A stretch of DNA of 64,000 nucleotides, from positions 7,762 to 71,761 of the forward strand of contig CAZHSY010000004.1 in NCBI GenBank assembly GCA_964535385.1. Reading direction: 5' to 3'. This document shows, piece after piece, positions 17,002-26,357 of the stretch (its first letter is position 1; each line of letters opens with the position of its first letter). The notes beneath the pieces are model-generated. The model was not told the origin of the DNA. It did not search any database and saw nothing but the letters and a program-made list of their open reading frames with translations. This DNA is from an uncultured Candidatus Saccharibacteria bacterium. Its GTDB lineage: Bacteria; Patescibacteriota; Saccharimonadia; CAILAD01; GCA-016700035. The position numbers and the translations under genes were made by a program.

Positions 17002-18933
17002 ATGGCAAAAAAATCAGACAGTCCACGCGTTGAGTTGTCAAGACACTTGGCCACGCCAGTGCTTATTCTGGCACTCACGACCATCCCGTGGTTCACGGGT
17101 GGCCGCGATGCTTTTGGAGTTTTCTTAATAGCCCTACTGACCAGTCTGCTGTATTTCAGTTGGTTCATCCTGTCTCGTCACCGAGCGCTACGGATTAGTA
17201 GTCAGCCACGTCTGATCGTCTGGCCGCTTGCTGGTATCGTCCTGCTCTCGATCCTAAGTTTACTCTGGTCGGTCAGTCGTTTTGATACCCTGGGGCAGCT
17301 AATCGTGCTCATCTCGGCTGGTGTGAACTTTGTGATCGCTCGTGACATTTTCTCTGAAGACGAGCTGGCTGCACGCTTTTTCCGTATTCTCTGGCTGATG
17401 ATTGCCGGTGTGGTGTCTTTGATCGGTATCGGTATGTATATCGGCGGTGATTATGATCGCTTGATCTCATTGTTTTATTGGCCCAATCCCATGGCCAGCT
17501 TTCTCTTGCCGGCTGTTCTGGCGGCAGCTCAACTGGTCAGCCAGCAGGAGAAGCGGCGCTGGGTCTTATACGCTGCACTTGGCTTGATGGGTGGTGCTTT
17601 GATTCTGACCTATTCGCGAGCCGCTTGGTTGGTGGTAATCGCGGCTTTGGTAGCCTGGGTGGCCGCTGGTCCATGGCGGGAACGTCTACGGTATTTGGCT
17701 ATTGGGCTGTGTGCGGCAGTTGCTTTAGTGGCGCTGAGTGTGACACTCCGCGGAGTGTTCTTCAAGAAGCCATCGATTGATGTCCAGCAACGTGTCTTGG
17801 AATCAAGTCAGTCGACGAGCGTACGCGATCGTCTAAGTTACTGGCGTGAGACGACAATTATGTTTAGTGAGCGGCCGCTATTGGGTTGGGGGAGTGGAGC
17901 ATATCGTGAGGTTCACCCAGCCTTCCAAGAGTCACCAGCCACGGCCGGGAATAATCCCCACAATAGTGCTTTGCAAGTACTCGTAGAGCTTGGGGTGGCC
18001 GGTCTAGCTTGCTATATTGTGCTCTTGGCCGGTTGGCTACACTTGGGCTGGCAATTATGGCGAGTGCCAGACAGTCGTCGAGGCTGGCTGTTTACGAGTT
18101 GGCTTGTAGTATCGGCTATGGGCCTTCATAGCTTGCTCGATCTCGCGACCAACTATCCGGCTCTCATCGTCCTTGGAGCTATCTGGTTGAGCATGGCACT
18201 GCCGGCACCGAAGAAGTGGTTTGAATTCCGTCTGATGTCCTGGCGCTACGGTCTGCCCTGGCTCGGGGTTGGACTGGTCTGTCTGAGTCTGACCTGGGTC
18301 GGCTACTCATTTTATATAGATAGTATTGAGAAGCAGCTGATCGATATCGCAGCACCGTTCGATTGGGATGAAGCCAGCGGTCGCTACCAGAGCTTATTCC
18401 GTCGACCTCTCATAGACCCAGATTTCATTTCCTACGGCGTGATCCAAGCTGTTGATCGCTTTGAAGTGCTACCGAATGCGAGCGCTAGTCATCTCGATAC
18501 ATGGGCACAGGCAGCTCGCCGAGCCAGTCGATTGGAGCCACGCGATGCTAAGCATGTCTTTGCCTTGGCAGCTGTCGAAGAGCGACAGGGTAAGATTACA
18601 GAGGCCTTAACGCATTATCGGCAGGCAATTGAGCTTGACCCCTATGACAATCCACAGTACCAAGTGGCTTATGCGCTACTGTTGCGCCGCGAAGGCTTCA
18701 GTAATGAAGCGCTATCGGTATTGCGCGGCATCACGGCAGCTTACACGCCACTCTCCACCGATCGCTTGGTGAGTAATTTACCCCTTCGGCTCTCAGCGGC
18801 CTTCGCCCTGATGGCTGATATTAAGCACGAACAAGGTGATACGGTCGGAGCTCAGCTGGATTTAGATCGGGCTCTACAATTAGTGCCAGGCTCTCAGACC
18901 GTACAGCGTATTCGCGACGCTTGGTCGCGGTAG
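17002..18933 (+). CDS. O-antigen ligase (Wzy_C)-family polytopic membrane protein with C-terminal TPR repeats. Candidate pilin/protein O-oligosaccharyltransferase.
   Basis: About 10 TM helices; central LTYSRAAWLVVIAALVAWVA Wzy_C-like region; C-terminal TPR-like repeats (ALTHYRQAIELDPYDNPQYQVAYALLLRREG...). Confidence 0.65.
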   Translation: MAKKSDSPRVELSRHLATPVLILALTTIPWFTGGRDAFGVFLIALLTSLLYFSWFILSRHRALRISSQPRLIVWPLAGIVLLSILSLLWSVSRFDTLGQLIVLISAGVNFVIARDIFSEDELAARFFRILWLMIAGVVSLIGIGMYIGGDYDRLISLFYWPNPMASFLLPAVLAAAQLVSQQEKRRWVLYAALGLMGGALILTYSRAAWLVVIAALVAWVAAGPWRERLRYLAIGLCAAVALVALSVTLRGVFFKKPSIDVQQRVLESSQSTSVRDRLSYWRETTIMFSERPLLGWGSGAYREVHPAFQESPATAGNNPHNSALQVLVELGVAGLACYIVLLAGWLHLGWQLWRVPDSRRGWLFTSWLVVSAMGLHSLLDLATNYPALIVLGAIWLSMALPAPKKWFEFRLMSWRYGLPWLGVGLVCLSLTWVGYSFYIDSIEKQLIDIAAPFDWDEASGRYQSLFRRPLIDPDFISYGVIQAVDRFEVLPNASASHLDTWAQAARRASRLEPRDAKHVFALAAVEERQGKITEALTHYRQAIELDPYDNPQYQVAYALLLRREGFSNEALSVLRGITAAYTPLSTDRLVSNLPLRLSAAFALMADIKHEQGDTVGAQLDLDRALQLVPGSQTVQRIRDAWSR

Positions 18934-19055
18934 ACTGACCGACCTGAATTTCGTTCACCGTGTCATGTCCTCCCACAATGTATTCGGGCACTCTAGAGTT
19001 GGTGGGGCAGATAATACCTGTGAACTTAGCGTAGTGCTACAATAAAGAGATCACT

Positions 19056-19661
19056 ATGAGTTTCTCCGCCACTCTCCTCGATTTCGCGATTCAGATTGTT
19101 GATAAGATAGGCTACTTGGGGATTGGCCTGATACTCATTGTGGACAATGCCGGTATTCCGATTCCTTCAGAGGCGATTCTAGCGCTCGCCGGAGCCACAG
19201 CCCGTAGTGGCCATATGAATGTTTGGGTCGTACTCCTTCTCGGGGTCGTTTGCCAGACGCTTGGCACCTGCTTGGCGTATTGGATTGGTCTGGCCGGTGG
19301 CGAGAAACTCGTCCGACGTTATGGTCGCTACCTGTTCATCTCGATGGAAGATTACAAAAAGACGCAGAAGTGGTTTGCCAAACACGGACCACGGGCAGTT
19401 TTCATATCTCGATTCACTCCAGTCGTGCGGACCTTTATGGGCTTTGCAGCCGGCGGGGCTGCTATGAACTTCAGCTCTTTCTTCTGGCAAAGCTTGGCTG
19501 GCTCAGCGATTTGGACGGTACTTTGGGCGACCATCGGCTACGCTCTGGGGGATAGCTGGAAACGTTACTATGAATATATGCACTACGTTGACTACTTGGT
19601 TGTTCTGGTCGTGGTAGTTGTAGTTGGTCGTTTTCTCTGGCGTCGTTTGCGAAGCCACTAA
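19056..19661 (+). CDS. DedA/TVP38 family membrane protein.
   Basis: GYLGIGLILIVDNAGIPIPSEAIL and RFTPVVRTFMGFAAG motifs, typical of DedA. Confidence 0.75.
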   Translation: MSFSATLLDFAIQIVDKIGYLGIGLILIVDNAGIPIPSEAILALAGATARSGHMNVWVVLLLGVVCQTLGTCLAYWIGLAGGEKLVRRYGRYLFISMEDYKKTQKWFAKHGPRAVFISRFTPVVRTFMGFAAGGAAMNFSSFFWQSLAGSAIWTVLWATIGYALGDSWKRYYEYMHYVDYLVVLVVVVVVGRFLWRRLRSH

Positions 19662-19691
19662 AAACACTTTGGTTTAAGAAAGGATCTGTGT

Positions 19692-20975
19692 ATGGCTCAG
19701 CCACATCACATCACACAGCTTGGGAATGGCTTACGCATCGTTACTCGCCCCATGCCGGATAGCGAGAGTGTAACGCTACATATTTTTATTGGGATTGGTG
19801 GTCGTCACGAGGATCAACTGACTGAGAATGGACTGTCGCATTTCCTGGAGCACTTACTCTTCAAGGGCACACGGGCCTTTCCGGTGCAGAAAGAGCTTTC
19901 GGAAGCGATCGATCGAGTCGGTGGCTACATGAATGCCTATACGACGCCTGAGCTGACAACTTACTTTGTAAAGTTACCTAAGGAACACCTGAAGCTGGGC
20001 CTGACCGTATTGACTGAGCTAGTGCGGTTTCCGCTGTTTGATGCTGTTGAGCTTGATCGTGAGCGACAGGTGATCGTTGAGGAGATGAATGTTTGGCGTG
20101 ACGATCCAGCTCAGCACGTATTTGACTATGTTGGTGGCCTGCTTTGGCCTCGAGATTCGCTGCGGACTAACGTACTTGGTAGTGAGCACGTTATCCGATC
20201 AGTCCCACGCGAAGTCGTGCAGGCCTATCATCAGTCAGCCTATCGGCCACACAATGCGGTTCTAGCTGTGGCTGGTAATGTGGCCACTGACGAAGTCCAG
20301 GCTCTAGCCGGCGAATTGCTTGATGATTGGCAGGGCGCTTCACTACGCCAAACGTATTCGGTAGCTGGGCCACTGGCCGAGACCAGGCAGCACATCGTTA
20401 CCCGCGATACTGCTCAAGCCCACATTGTGGTGGCTGGTCGATCGGTCGCGCACCACCACCCCGATGAGTTTGCTACCCATATCTTGACGGCCGCCCTGGG
20501 TATGGGCATGAGTTCGCGGTTGTTTGTGAAGGTGCGTGAGGAACAGGGTCTGGCTTATACGATCTACATGTCTAATACGAATTACATTGATATCGGTAAA
20601 TGGGAAATCTACGCTGGCGTTAATACACAGCGAGTAGAGGCTGCCTTGGAGTCAATTTTTGCTGAGTTGACTGCTATACGCGAGCAGCCGCTTTCGAAGG
20701 ATGAGCTGGATAAAGTTAAGCAACAGCTCAAGGGTCGGGTTAGCATGAGCCAGGAGACGAATGACGCTGTAGCCGACCGGCTTGGGACAGAATTACTTTT
20801 AACTGGTAAAATTGTCTCGATTGCTGAGATTCTGGAGTGCATTGATGGGGTGAGTCGCGATGATGTCTTGCGCGTGGCTCAACGCTATCTCGATCCCAGC
20901 GGTATTCGTATGGCAGCTATCGCCCCAGCATCAAGCCAGGTAGCCCTCCATCAGCCATTGGCGACTACTTACTAA
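19692..20975 (+). CDS. M16 family zinc peptidase (insulinase-like).
   Basis: Inverted zinc-binding motif HFLEHLLFKGT (HxxEH); 427 aa. Confidence 0.8.
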   Translation: MAQPHHITQLGNGLRIVTRPMPDSESVTLHIFIGIGGRHEDQLTENGLSHFLEHLLFKGTRAFPVQKELSEAIDRVGGYMNAYTTPELTTYFVKLPKEHLKLGLTVLTELVRFPLFDAVELDRERQVIVEEMNVWRDDPAQHVFDYVGGLLWPRDSLRTNVLGSEHVIRSVPREVVQAYHQSAYRPHNAVLAVAGNVATDEVQALAGELLDDWQGASLRQTYSVAGPLAETRQHIVTRDTAQAHIVVAGRSVAHHHPDEFATHILTAALGMGMSSRLFVKVREEQGLAYTIYMSNTNYIDIGKWEIYAGVNTQRVEAALESIFAELTAIREQPLSKDELDKVKQQLKGRVSMSQETNDAVADRLGTELLLTGKIVSIAEILECIDGVSRDDVLRVAQRYLDPSGIRMAAIAPASSQVALHQPLATTY

Positions 20976-20997
20976 ACTTTCAAGAGAGGATAAAACT

Positions 20998-21612
20998 ATG
21001 CTTGCAGATGAGAAAAAACTCAAACAACTTCGTACTGAGAAGTCATTAGTATTATTGAAGCCCGATGCCGTGAAGCGCCAGATCATTGGTGAACTCATCA
21101 CTCGTTTCGAGCGCAAGGGTCTGAAGCTGGTTGGTATGAAGCTCGTCATGCCAACCGAAGATCTCACCGGACGGCATTACACCGACAGCGAGGAGTGGCT
21201 AAAGGATTCGGGCGAGCGAACTTACAACTCATATCTCGAGAAAGGGATTGAACCACCGATGTCGGCCCGGGAGTTGGCCCTCAATACTCGGCGCAAGCTT
21301 ATGCAGGGTTTGATGGCAGGCCCCGTGGTGGCACTTATCTTGCAGGGGGCGCACGTGATCGAGATCGTCCGTAAAATGCGTGGTGCAACCAGCCCACAAG
21401 CAGCTGATGTCGGCACAATTGGCTTTGATTACTCGGTTGACTCGTATGAATTAGCCGACGCAGGGGATTGGCCGATCCGCAATATCATTCATGCCAGCGA
21501 TAGCTCTGAGAATGCCGAGCGCGAGATCGCTATTTGGTTTAAGTCTGATGAAGTTCTGGAATATACCTCCGGCATTGAGCAGATCCTATACTCTAAGGAG
21601 TGGGATAAGTAA
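20998..21612 (+). CDS. ndk: Nucleoside diphosphate kinase with internal insertions (204 aa).
   Basis: LLKPDAVKRQIIGELITRFERKGLKLVGMK and active-site NIIHASDS motifs. About 60 aa longer than canonical Ndk. Confidence 0.8.
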   Translation: MLADEKKLKQLRTEKSLVLLKPDAVKRQIIGELITRFERKGLKLVGMKLVMPTEDLTGRHYTDSEEWLKDSGERTYNSYLEKGIEPPMSARELALNTRRKLMQGLMAGPVVALILQGAHVIEIVRKMRGATSPQAADVGTIGFDYSVDSYELADAGDWPIRNIIHASDSSENAEREIAIWFKSDEVLEYTSGIEQILYSKEWDK

Positions 21613-21626
21613 TAGTTAGTAGTCGT

Positions 21627-21672
21627 CAAATAAAAATGAACCCTGCAAAATTACAGGGTTCTTTTTATTTGA
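21627..21672. terminator. Bidirectional rho-independent terminator between ndk and tRNA-Arg.
   Basis: gtcaaataaaaatgaaccctg-caaaatta-cagggttctttttatttgac: a long perfect inverted repeat with A/T runs on both sides. Confidence 0.75.
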
Positions 21673-21686
21673 CGCGTCTATCAGTA

Positions 21687-21762
21687 TGGCGTCCCCGGAG
21701 AGATTCGAACTCCCGGCGCCCTCCTTAGGACGGAGGCGCTCTATCCGCTGAGCTACGGGGAC
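21687..21762 (-). tRNA. tRNA-Arg (anticodon CCU).
   Basis: Reverse complement GTCCCCGTAGCTCAGCGGATAGAGCGCCTCCGTCCTAAGGAGGGCGCCGGGAGTTCGAATCTCTCCGGGGACGCCA. Cloverleaf with anticodon loop GUCCUAA; resembles E. coli argW. Confidence 0.85.
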
Positions 21763-22100
21763 ATTTAATTTTTCGGCATACCACGCGGCTTCTTTCTAGT
21801 GCACTGGCCGGCGTTGTACGCCCCTATAAAAACTCACCGTATCACATATACGCCTCGCTTTTATGCGGGGCTAGCACCTTGCCCAGCACTACTAGAAAAG
21901 CACCCGGTACTAGCCTGGAGGCGAGAGAGTGCTGGATAAAGTGTTATCCTGAACTCGTTTCAGGATCTTTGCGTGTAATCCATCAAGTTCTCATTCAAAT
22001 CTCCAGCCTATATGCATAATACCATCTGTCGGCCATTGAAAAAAGCCATGCTTGAGGGTATAATATAGATTCTTATTCGTACCTACAGCACCTCTAGGAG

Positions 22101-22430
22101 GTGATCGACTTGGCACGCGCGAAGCGTACTCCCAAGCGCGACACCATCATCGAGCTTGAAGACTACCGAACTGGCTATCGAGCCCGGCTCAAGGTTTCGG
22201 CCCAGACCCTGCATCTCGCACAGTCAGGAGACGAACGAGACAAGCAGGTCTTGTCTGCGCGAGCCAGCATCTGTATCCAGGCCAAGAGGCAGATGATGAA
22301 GACCGGCCGTTCCAGTCACTGGCTGGCTTGGGCTGATATCGCTGGCTCGATCACAGAAGTCGCTTACTTGAGCGCAGCAGTACCGGTTCGTACGCAGCCC
22401 GTACAGGGTCAGCTCTTTCCAGGCTCCTGA
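22101..22430 (+). CDS. Hypothetical basic protein (about 106-109 aa).
   Basis: ORF preceded by GGAGG; a likelier start is TTG at 22110. No recognisable domain. Confidence 0.4.
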   Translation: MIDLARAKRTPKRDTIIELEDYRTGYRARLKVSAQTLHLAQSGDERDKQVLSARASICIQAKRQMMKTGRSSHWLAWADIAGSITEVAYLSAAVPVRTQPVQGQLFPGS

Positions 22431-22445
22431 TATTCCCACCACGCT

Positions 22446-22483
22446 ACCGATCCATGGGTGCCCATGGATCGGTCTTCTTTTTG
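22446..22483 (+). terminator. Rho-independent terminator.
   Basis: ccgatccatggg-tg-cccatggatcgg, then tcttctttttgg. Confidence 0.7.
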
Positions 22484-22502
22484 GTTATGGTAGGATATTG
22501 GT

Positions 22503-23075
22503 ATGACTACTAAGCGCGAACGTGCCAAGGGGCGGCATGCTGAAGTCGACCATGAGCCAGAGCTTATTTTTGTCGAGCGACAATTTCCGATTGTCTTACG
22601 TCGTCCACTTATCTGGGGGATGGTAATTGTTTTGGTATCCTTGGTGCCTTGGTCGATAGCTACGGCCAATGCTTACTCCTGGCAAGATATATCAATCTAC
22701 TGGCTGATCTTCGGCAGCCTTTTCCTAGTGCTGTATTGGGCATATCATTTTATAGAGTGGTACTTTACGGTGCTGATTCTTGATGAGTTAGAGATTACAT
22801 ACGTCAAGCAAAAGGGTCTTTTTCGGCGCGAGGTACAGAGCCTGACGCTTGAGAATGTACAGAGTGTAAACTACACGATTCCTGGGTTTCAGGGCGCGAT
22901 GTTTAAGTTTGGTGATATTAAGATAGCGACACTATCTGGCAGTGGCCACATGACTATTCGTACCCTAAAGCACCCGGCCGATATTCAGGCCGAAATCCTC
23001 AACGCCGTCCAGGATGGCCCATCGACAGGAGAGTCTGAGATGGTGTATGATTCTGGGGATACTACGGAAGCGTAG
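22503..23075 (+). CDS. Membrane protein with a bacterial PH (YdbS/bPH_2-like) domain.
   Basis: Two TM helices followed by ELEITYVKQKGLFRREVQSLTLENVQSVNYTIPGFQGAMFKFGDIKI (bPH_2-like). Confidence 0.55.
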   Translation: MTTKRERAKGRHAEVDHEPELIFVERQFPIVLRRPLIWGMVIVLVSLVPWSIATANAYSWQDISIYWLIFGSLFLVLYWAYHFIEWYFTVLILDELEITYVKQKGLFRREVQSLTLENVQSVNYTIPGFQGAMFKFGDIKIATLSGSGHMTIRTLKHPADIQAEILNAVQDGPSTGESEMVYDSGDTTEA

Positions 23076-23087
23076 GCGTAATTGTAA

Positions 23088-24236
23088 TTGAAGAAAAAGA
23101 GGGAAGAGATGGCCGAGAAAGGCAAGGCGAGTAAGCCGAAGACGACAAAAACTGCCCAAGAGGGTAAAAAGGCCAAAGATACAACCACAAAACTAAAGGG
23201 CATCGCAGATAAAACAAAGGCTCCAGTTTCCGCCAAGGGTACGGATAAAGATACCAAGAAGAAAGCTGATGCCGATAAGAATAAGAAGCCAGGTGGTCTA
23301 CGCAAGAAGCTCTCGAGCTTGGGTGTAAAGACCGGCCCGAATCGTAAGCTACTGGTAATTGCCGGTGTAGCTGCGTTGTCGATTCTCGTTCTGACTCTCG
23401 GTGTGTTTGGTTACCGGGTATACAAGCAAAAAGCTGATGACAAGGTCACCACCGCGGCTGCCAAGGTCGTGCCATATCCGGTACTGTCAGTGAACGGCAA
23501 TGTGCTCTGGAATACCGTTACATATAGCGACTACCTCTTTGAGCTGAGCTCTATCAAGAAATTCTATGAGTCTCAGGGACAGGATCTCAGTAGCGATGAA
23601 GGCAAACAGCGCCTTGCACAGCTCAAGCAAGACCTCATGAAGCAGTTGATTGATCAGCAGATTATCACTCAGGAAGCTGCTCGACAGCACATCAAGGTGA
23701 CTGCTAAAGAAATCGACGAAGAGTACAATAAGCTAGCTGAGAATGCTGGTGGACAAGACAAAGTCAAGGAAACTCTTCAGAAGCTCTATGGCTGGACTGT
23801 AGCTGACTTCAAGAACAAGATTCGCTTTAGCTTGATTCAGAAGAAATTAGCCGATAACATTTCGAGTGATCCATCTAAGAATGGGGTAGCACAAGCCAAG
23901 GCTGATGATGTTCTTAAACAGATTCAGGCCGGTGGAGACTTCTCAGAACTAGCCAAGAAAAATAGCGAAGACACCTCGGCTTCTAACGGTGGTGACCTTG
24001 GTTTTATCGAAAAGGGACAGACCGTTCAGGAGTTTGAAGAGGCTGCCTGGAAACTCGAGCCCGGCCAAGTGTCTGGTGTTGTGAAGACTCAGTATGGCTA
24101 TCACATTATCAAGGTACTCGAGAAGCAGGATGACAAGGTGCACGTGGCACACATCTTGATCAAGGGTGTAGACCTCGAGAGCTGGCTGACAGAACAGCGC
24201 GAGAAGGCTCATGTCAGTCAATATCTGAAGATCTAG
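23088..24236 (+). CDS. Parvulin-type peptidyl-prolyl isomerase (PrsA/SurA-like foldase), membrane-anchored with a Lys-rich N-terminus.
   Basis: C-terminal PpiC domain [44 protein letters not shown]-terminal TM anchor. Confidence 0.7.
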   Translation: MKKKREEMAEKGKASKPKTTKTAQEGKKAKDTTTKLKGIADKTKAPVSAKGTDKDTKKKADADKNKKPGGLRKKLSSLGVKTGPNRKLLVIAGVAALSILVLTLGVFGYRVYKQKADDKVTTAAAKVVPYPVLSVNGNVLWNTVTYSDYLFELSSIKKFYESQGQDLSSDEGKQRLAQLKQDLMKQLIDQQIITQEAARQHIKVTAKEIDEEYNKLAENAGGQDKVKETLQKLYGWTVADFKNKIRFSLIQKKLADNISSDPSKNGVAQAKADDVLKQIQAGGDFSELAKKNSEDTSASNGGDLGFIEKGQTVQEFEEAAWKLEPGQVSGVVKTQYGYHIIKVLEKQDDKVHVAHILIKGVDLESWLTEQREKAHVSQYLKI

Positions 24237-24259
24237 GCTTAGCAAAATACAGGTAGATA

Positions 24260-24296
24260 AAACTCCTCGGCATCACGTACCGGGGAGTTTTTTTTG
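24260..24296 (+). terminator. Rho-independent terminator.
   Basis: aactcctcgg-catcacgta-ccggggagtt followed by a run of eight T. Confidence 0.7.
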
Positions 24297-24300
24297 ATTC

Positions 24301-24873
24301 TCAAGCATAGTGTTCAAGCTCAGCCTCGAGATTGGCTTGAACGGCCACTTCGAACCGCTCTCGAATGTGTGGCGTGGTATAGATACTCATGCGAGCCAAC
24401 ATCTTAAGGATGAGGAGCTGTCGGCCTGCCGACCAGGCCTCGTCGCTGTAGGTTTGAAGCTCCTCTCGGATATGTCGATTATCGGCCAGATCAGTCGCCA
24501 ACGAAAGGATGTCTAGGCCATAGACGATGCCACGTGTCCAATCAAAGCCTTGGTGGTTGTCGGGGGCAGTAGTACAGCGCTGTACCCAGTGTATTATAGT
24601 TTGATTTTCACCAAGGTAGCTGAGCCAGAAAGCTGTCAGGTGTCCTGAGTTTTCTTTATTCCTTGGGTCACCAGGAACATAGATGAGGTCATGCAGCCAG
24701 GCTACCAGTTCAGCCTGACGGTCTAATGTTGGGAAATATTCGTCGAGGAGCTAGAGTAGGGTCTGGATATAACGCAGTGCACGGAGGCGTCGATGGGGTT
24801 CTGTGTAGTTCTCCTCGACGCAGGCCCAAGCTTTTAGGCAGCGGCTCAGTGAAGCTTGCTGTAAGAGGATCAA
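24301..24873 (-). pseudogene. HD-domain phosphohydrolase (YfbR-like 5'-deoxynucleotidase family) interrupted by a single in-frame TAG at 24751-24753.
   Basis: My translation of the minus strand gives ...LSRCLKAWACVEENYTEPHRRLRALRYIQTLL*LLDEYFPTLDRQAELVAWLHDLIYVPGDPRNKENSGHL... (H...HD...D motifs), continuous except for one TAG. The ORF track splits it into 24301..24501 and an out-of-frame 24710..24925. Confidence 0.5.
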
Positions 24874-25008
24874 CCAACATTGCTTGAGTTATTGCTGTGA
24901 CATGATTTCGCCAACTTATCGGCATTTTTGCCCTTTTTAAGTTACATATGCGGCTTAATACACCTGTAAATATATGTTAAGCGTGTATAATAATCATTAG
25001 ACAAAATT

Positions 25009-25773
25009 ATGCTTGATGCTCGCACACTATTACTTAACCTCGACCTCTCTGAGTCAGAAATCGACGTCTACTTGGTGATGCTTAAGGGTGCGCGAACGGC
25101 TCGTGATATCATCAAGGCTACTGGCCGTAGCCGTCCGACAGTCTATTATGCATTAACAGCCCTTGAGCGTCGTGGCCTCTTAAGTAAGACTGGCTTACCC
25201 GAAGAGCGACGCTATCGAGTAGAGTCACCTAAGCGACTGAAGGCCGTCCTGGATGATAAAGAGAAGGCCATACAGGCCATGCGTTTGCAGCTTGATGAGC
25301 TGGTCGCCAGTCAGCAGAAGCTAAGTCCAGCCGACACGAAGCCCCAAGTGGCCTTCTATGAGGGTGTAGCGGCTGTGCGTAGCGTCATTATGGAGACTAT
25401 CTATACTCAGAAGCGCCAAATTGATACTTTAGTACCCTCAGACAACTTCTTCTGGCAGCTTGGATCGGAGTTTGTCGAGCAGTATGTCGAGTTGCGGCAT
25501 ACCCTCGGAGTTCATACACGTAATCTCTGGGGCAAGGGGATACGTCAGGAAGTGATCAATGAGTATTATGATAAGTCAGAGATCCGCATGTTGCCTGACG
25601 GACTGGGCGATCGTTTTCGGACGACTATCTTTATGTATGATGATTGCGTGCTATATATATCATCGTTAGCCAGCGGGTATTGTTTACATGTACGTTCTGT
25701 AGAGCAGCGCGAGGTCATGCAGGTGATGTATGATTCACTGTGGTCGGTCTCTCGACCCCTATCTCATACCTAG
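25009..25773 (+). CDS. TrmB-like / winged-helix transcriptional regulator.
   Basis: N-terminal wHTH: SEIDVYLVMLKGARTARDIIKATGRSRPTVYYALTALERRGLL. Confidence 0.5.
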   Translation: MLDARTLLLNLDLSESEIDVYLVMLKGARTARDIIKATGRSRPTVYYALTALERRGLLSKTGLPEERRYRVESPKRLKAVLDDKEKAIQAMRLQLDELVASQQKLSPADTKPQVAFYEGVAAVRSVIMETIYTQKRQIDTLVPSDNFFWQLGSEFVEQYVELRHTLGVHTRNLWGKGIRQEVINEYYDKSEIRMLPDGLGDRFRTTIFMYDDCVLYISSLASGYCLHVRSVEQREVMQVMYDSLWSVSRPLSHT

Positions 25774-26015
25774 TGAAACCTGGAGTAAAATGTCGCACAA
25801 CACAAGTGCGTAATAGGGATTTATTAAGATAGCTGCTAAATGTGCGAAATGCCATTGCTGGCCGGCCCGACCGGATAGCTCTGCCAATCCTTCTTCGCTG
25901 CAGGCATGCTCGAAGCAAGCTTCTGTGCCTGCCTTTGCTGCCGAGCCGGCCGGTTCAAATCTGTGAGCAAGCTCATTCATAATTAAAGCCCCATCTGAAG
26001 ATGAGGCTTTAATTA

Positions 26016-26092
26016 TGGCGGGCCCGACCGGATTCGAACCGGCGATCTCCTCCGTGACAGGGAGGCATGTTAGGCCTCTACACCACGGGCCC
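26016..26092 (-). tRNA. tRNA-Asp (anticodon GUC).
   Basis: Reverse complement GGGCCCGTGGTGTAGAGGCCTAACATGCCTCCCTGTCACGGAGGAGATCGCCGGTTCGAATCCGGTCGGGCCCGCCA; anticodon loop CUGUCAC. Confidence 0.85.
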
Positions 26093-26357
26093 GCGTAATT
26101 GGAACCTCAATATCTTAGCAAAATATGAATTAACAATCAATCAGCTATTTATGCAAGGGCAGGTGAGTAATACTTGTATATAAATGAATACATATTTTAT
26201 TGGTTAAATTATCGTTTACAAAATGACTACAATCTTTATGCAGATTGTATGAACAATATTTGTAGTCATTATGTTTTCAGCGATTTTTTCGAAATTGAGT
26301 GATTAGTGGCTGTTGTGATACAATTTTGCCGCAAGTCGAGAGGTAGGGGTGAGGCAT

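Noticed and set aside
15995-17041. Recombinase as part of an integrated mobile element.
   Set aside because: There are no flanking direct repeats, no tRNA at a boundary, no phage or transposon genes, and the neighbours are core genes. It is more likely a chromosomal Xer.
24710-24925. 71 aa minus-strand ORF as the N-terminus of the HD protein (frameshift model).
   Set aside because: The overlapping alternative frame gives the HD-family N-terminal motif (LSRCLKAW...EENYTEPH) and runs continuously into the HD region through a single TAG. The reported ORF frame gives low-complexity P/T-rich sequence.
25759-25980. 73 aa minus-strand ORF (MNELAHRFEP...) between the TrmB-like gene and tRNA-Asp.
   Set aside because: No SD sequence, it overlaps the end of the convergent regulator gene, and it has no recognisable domain. 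Left uncalled, as it could be a small real gene or noise.
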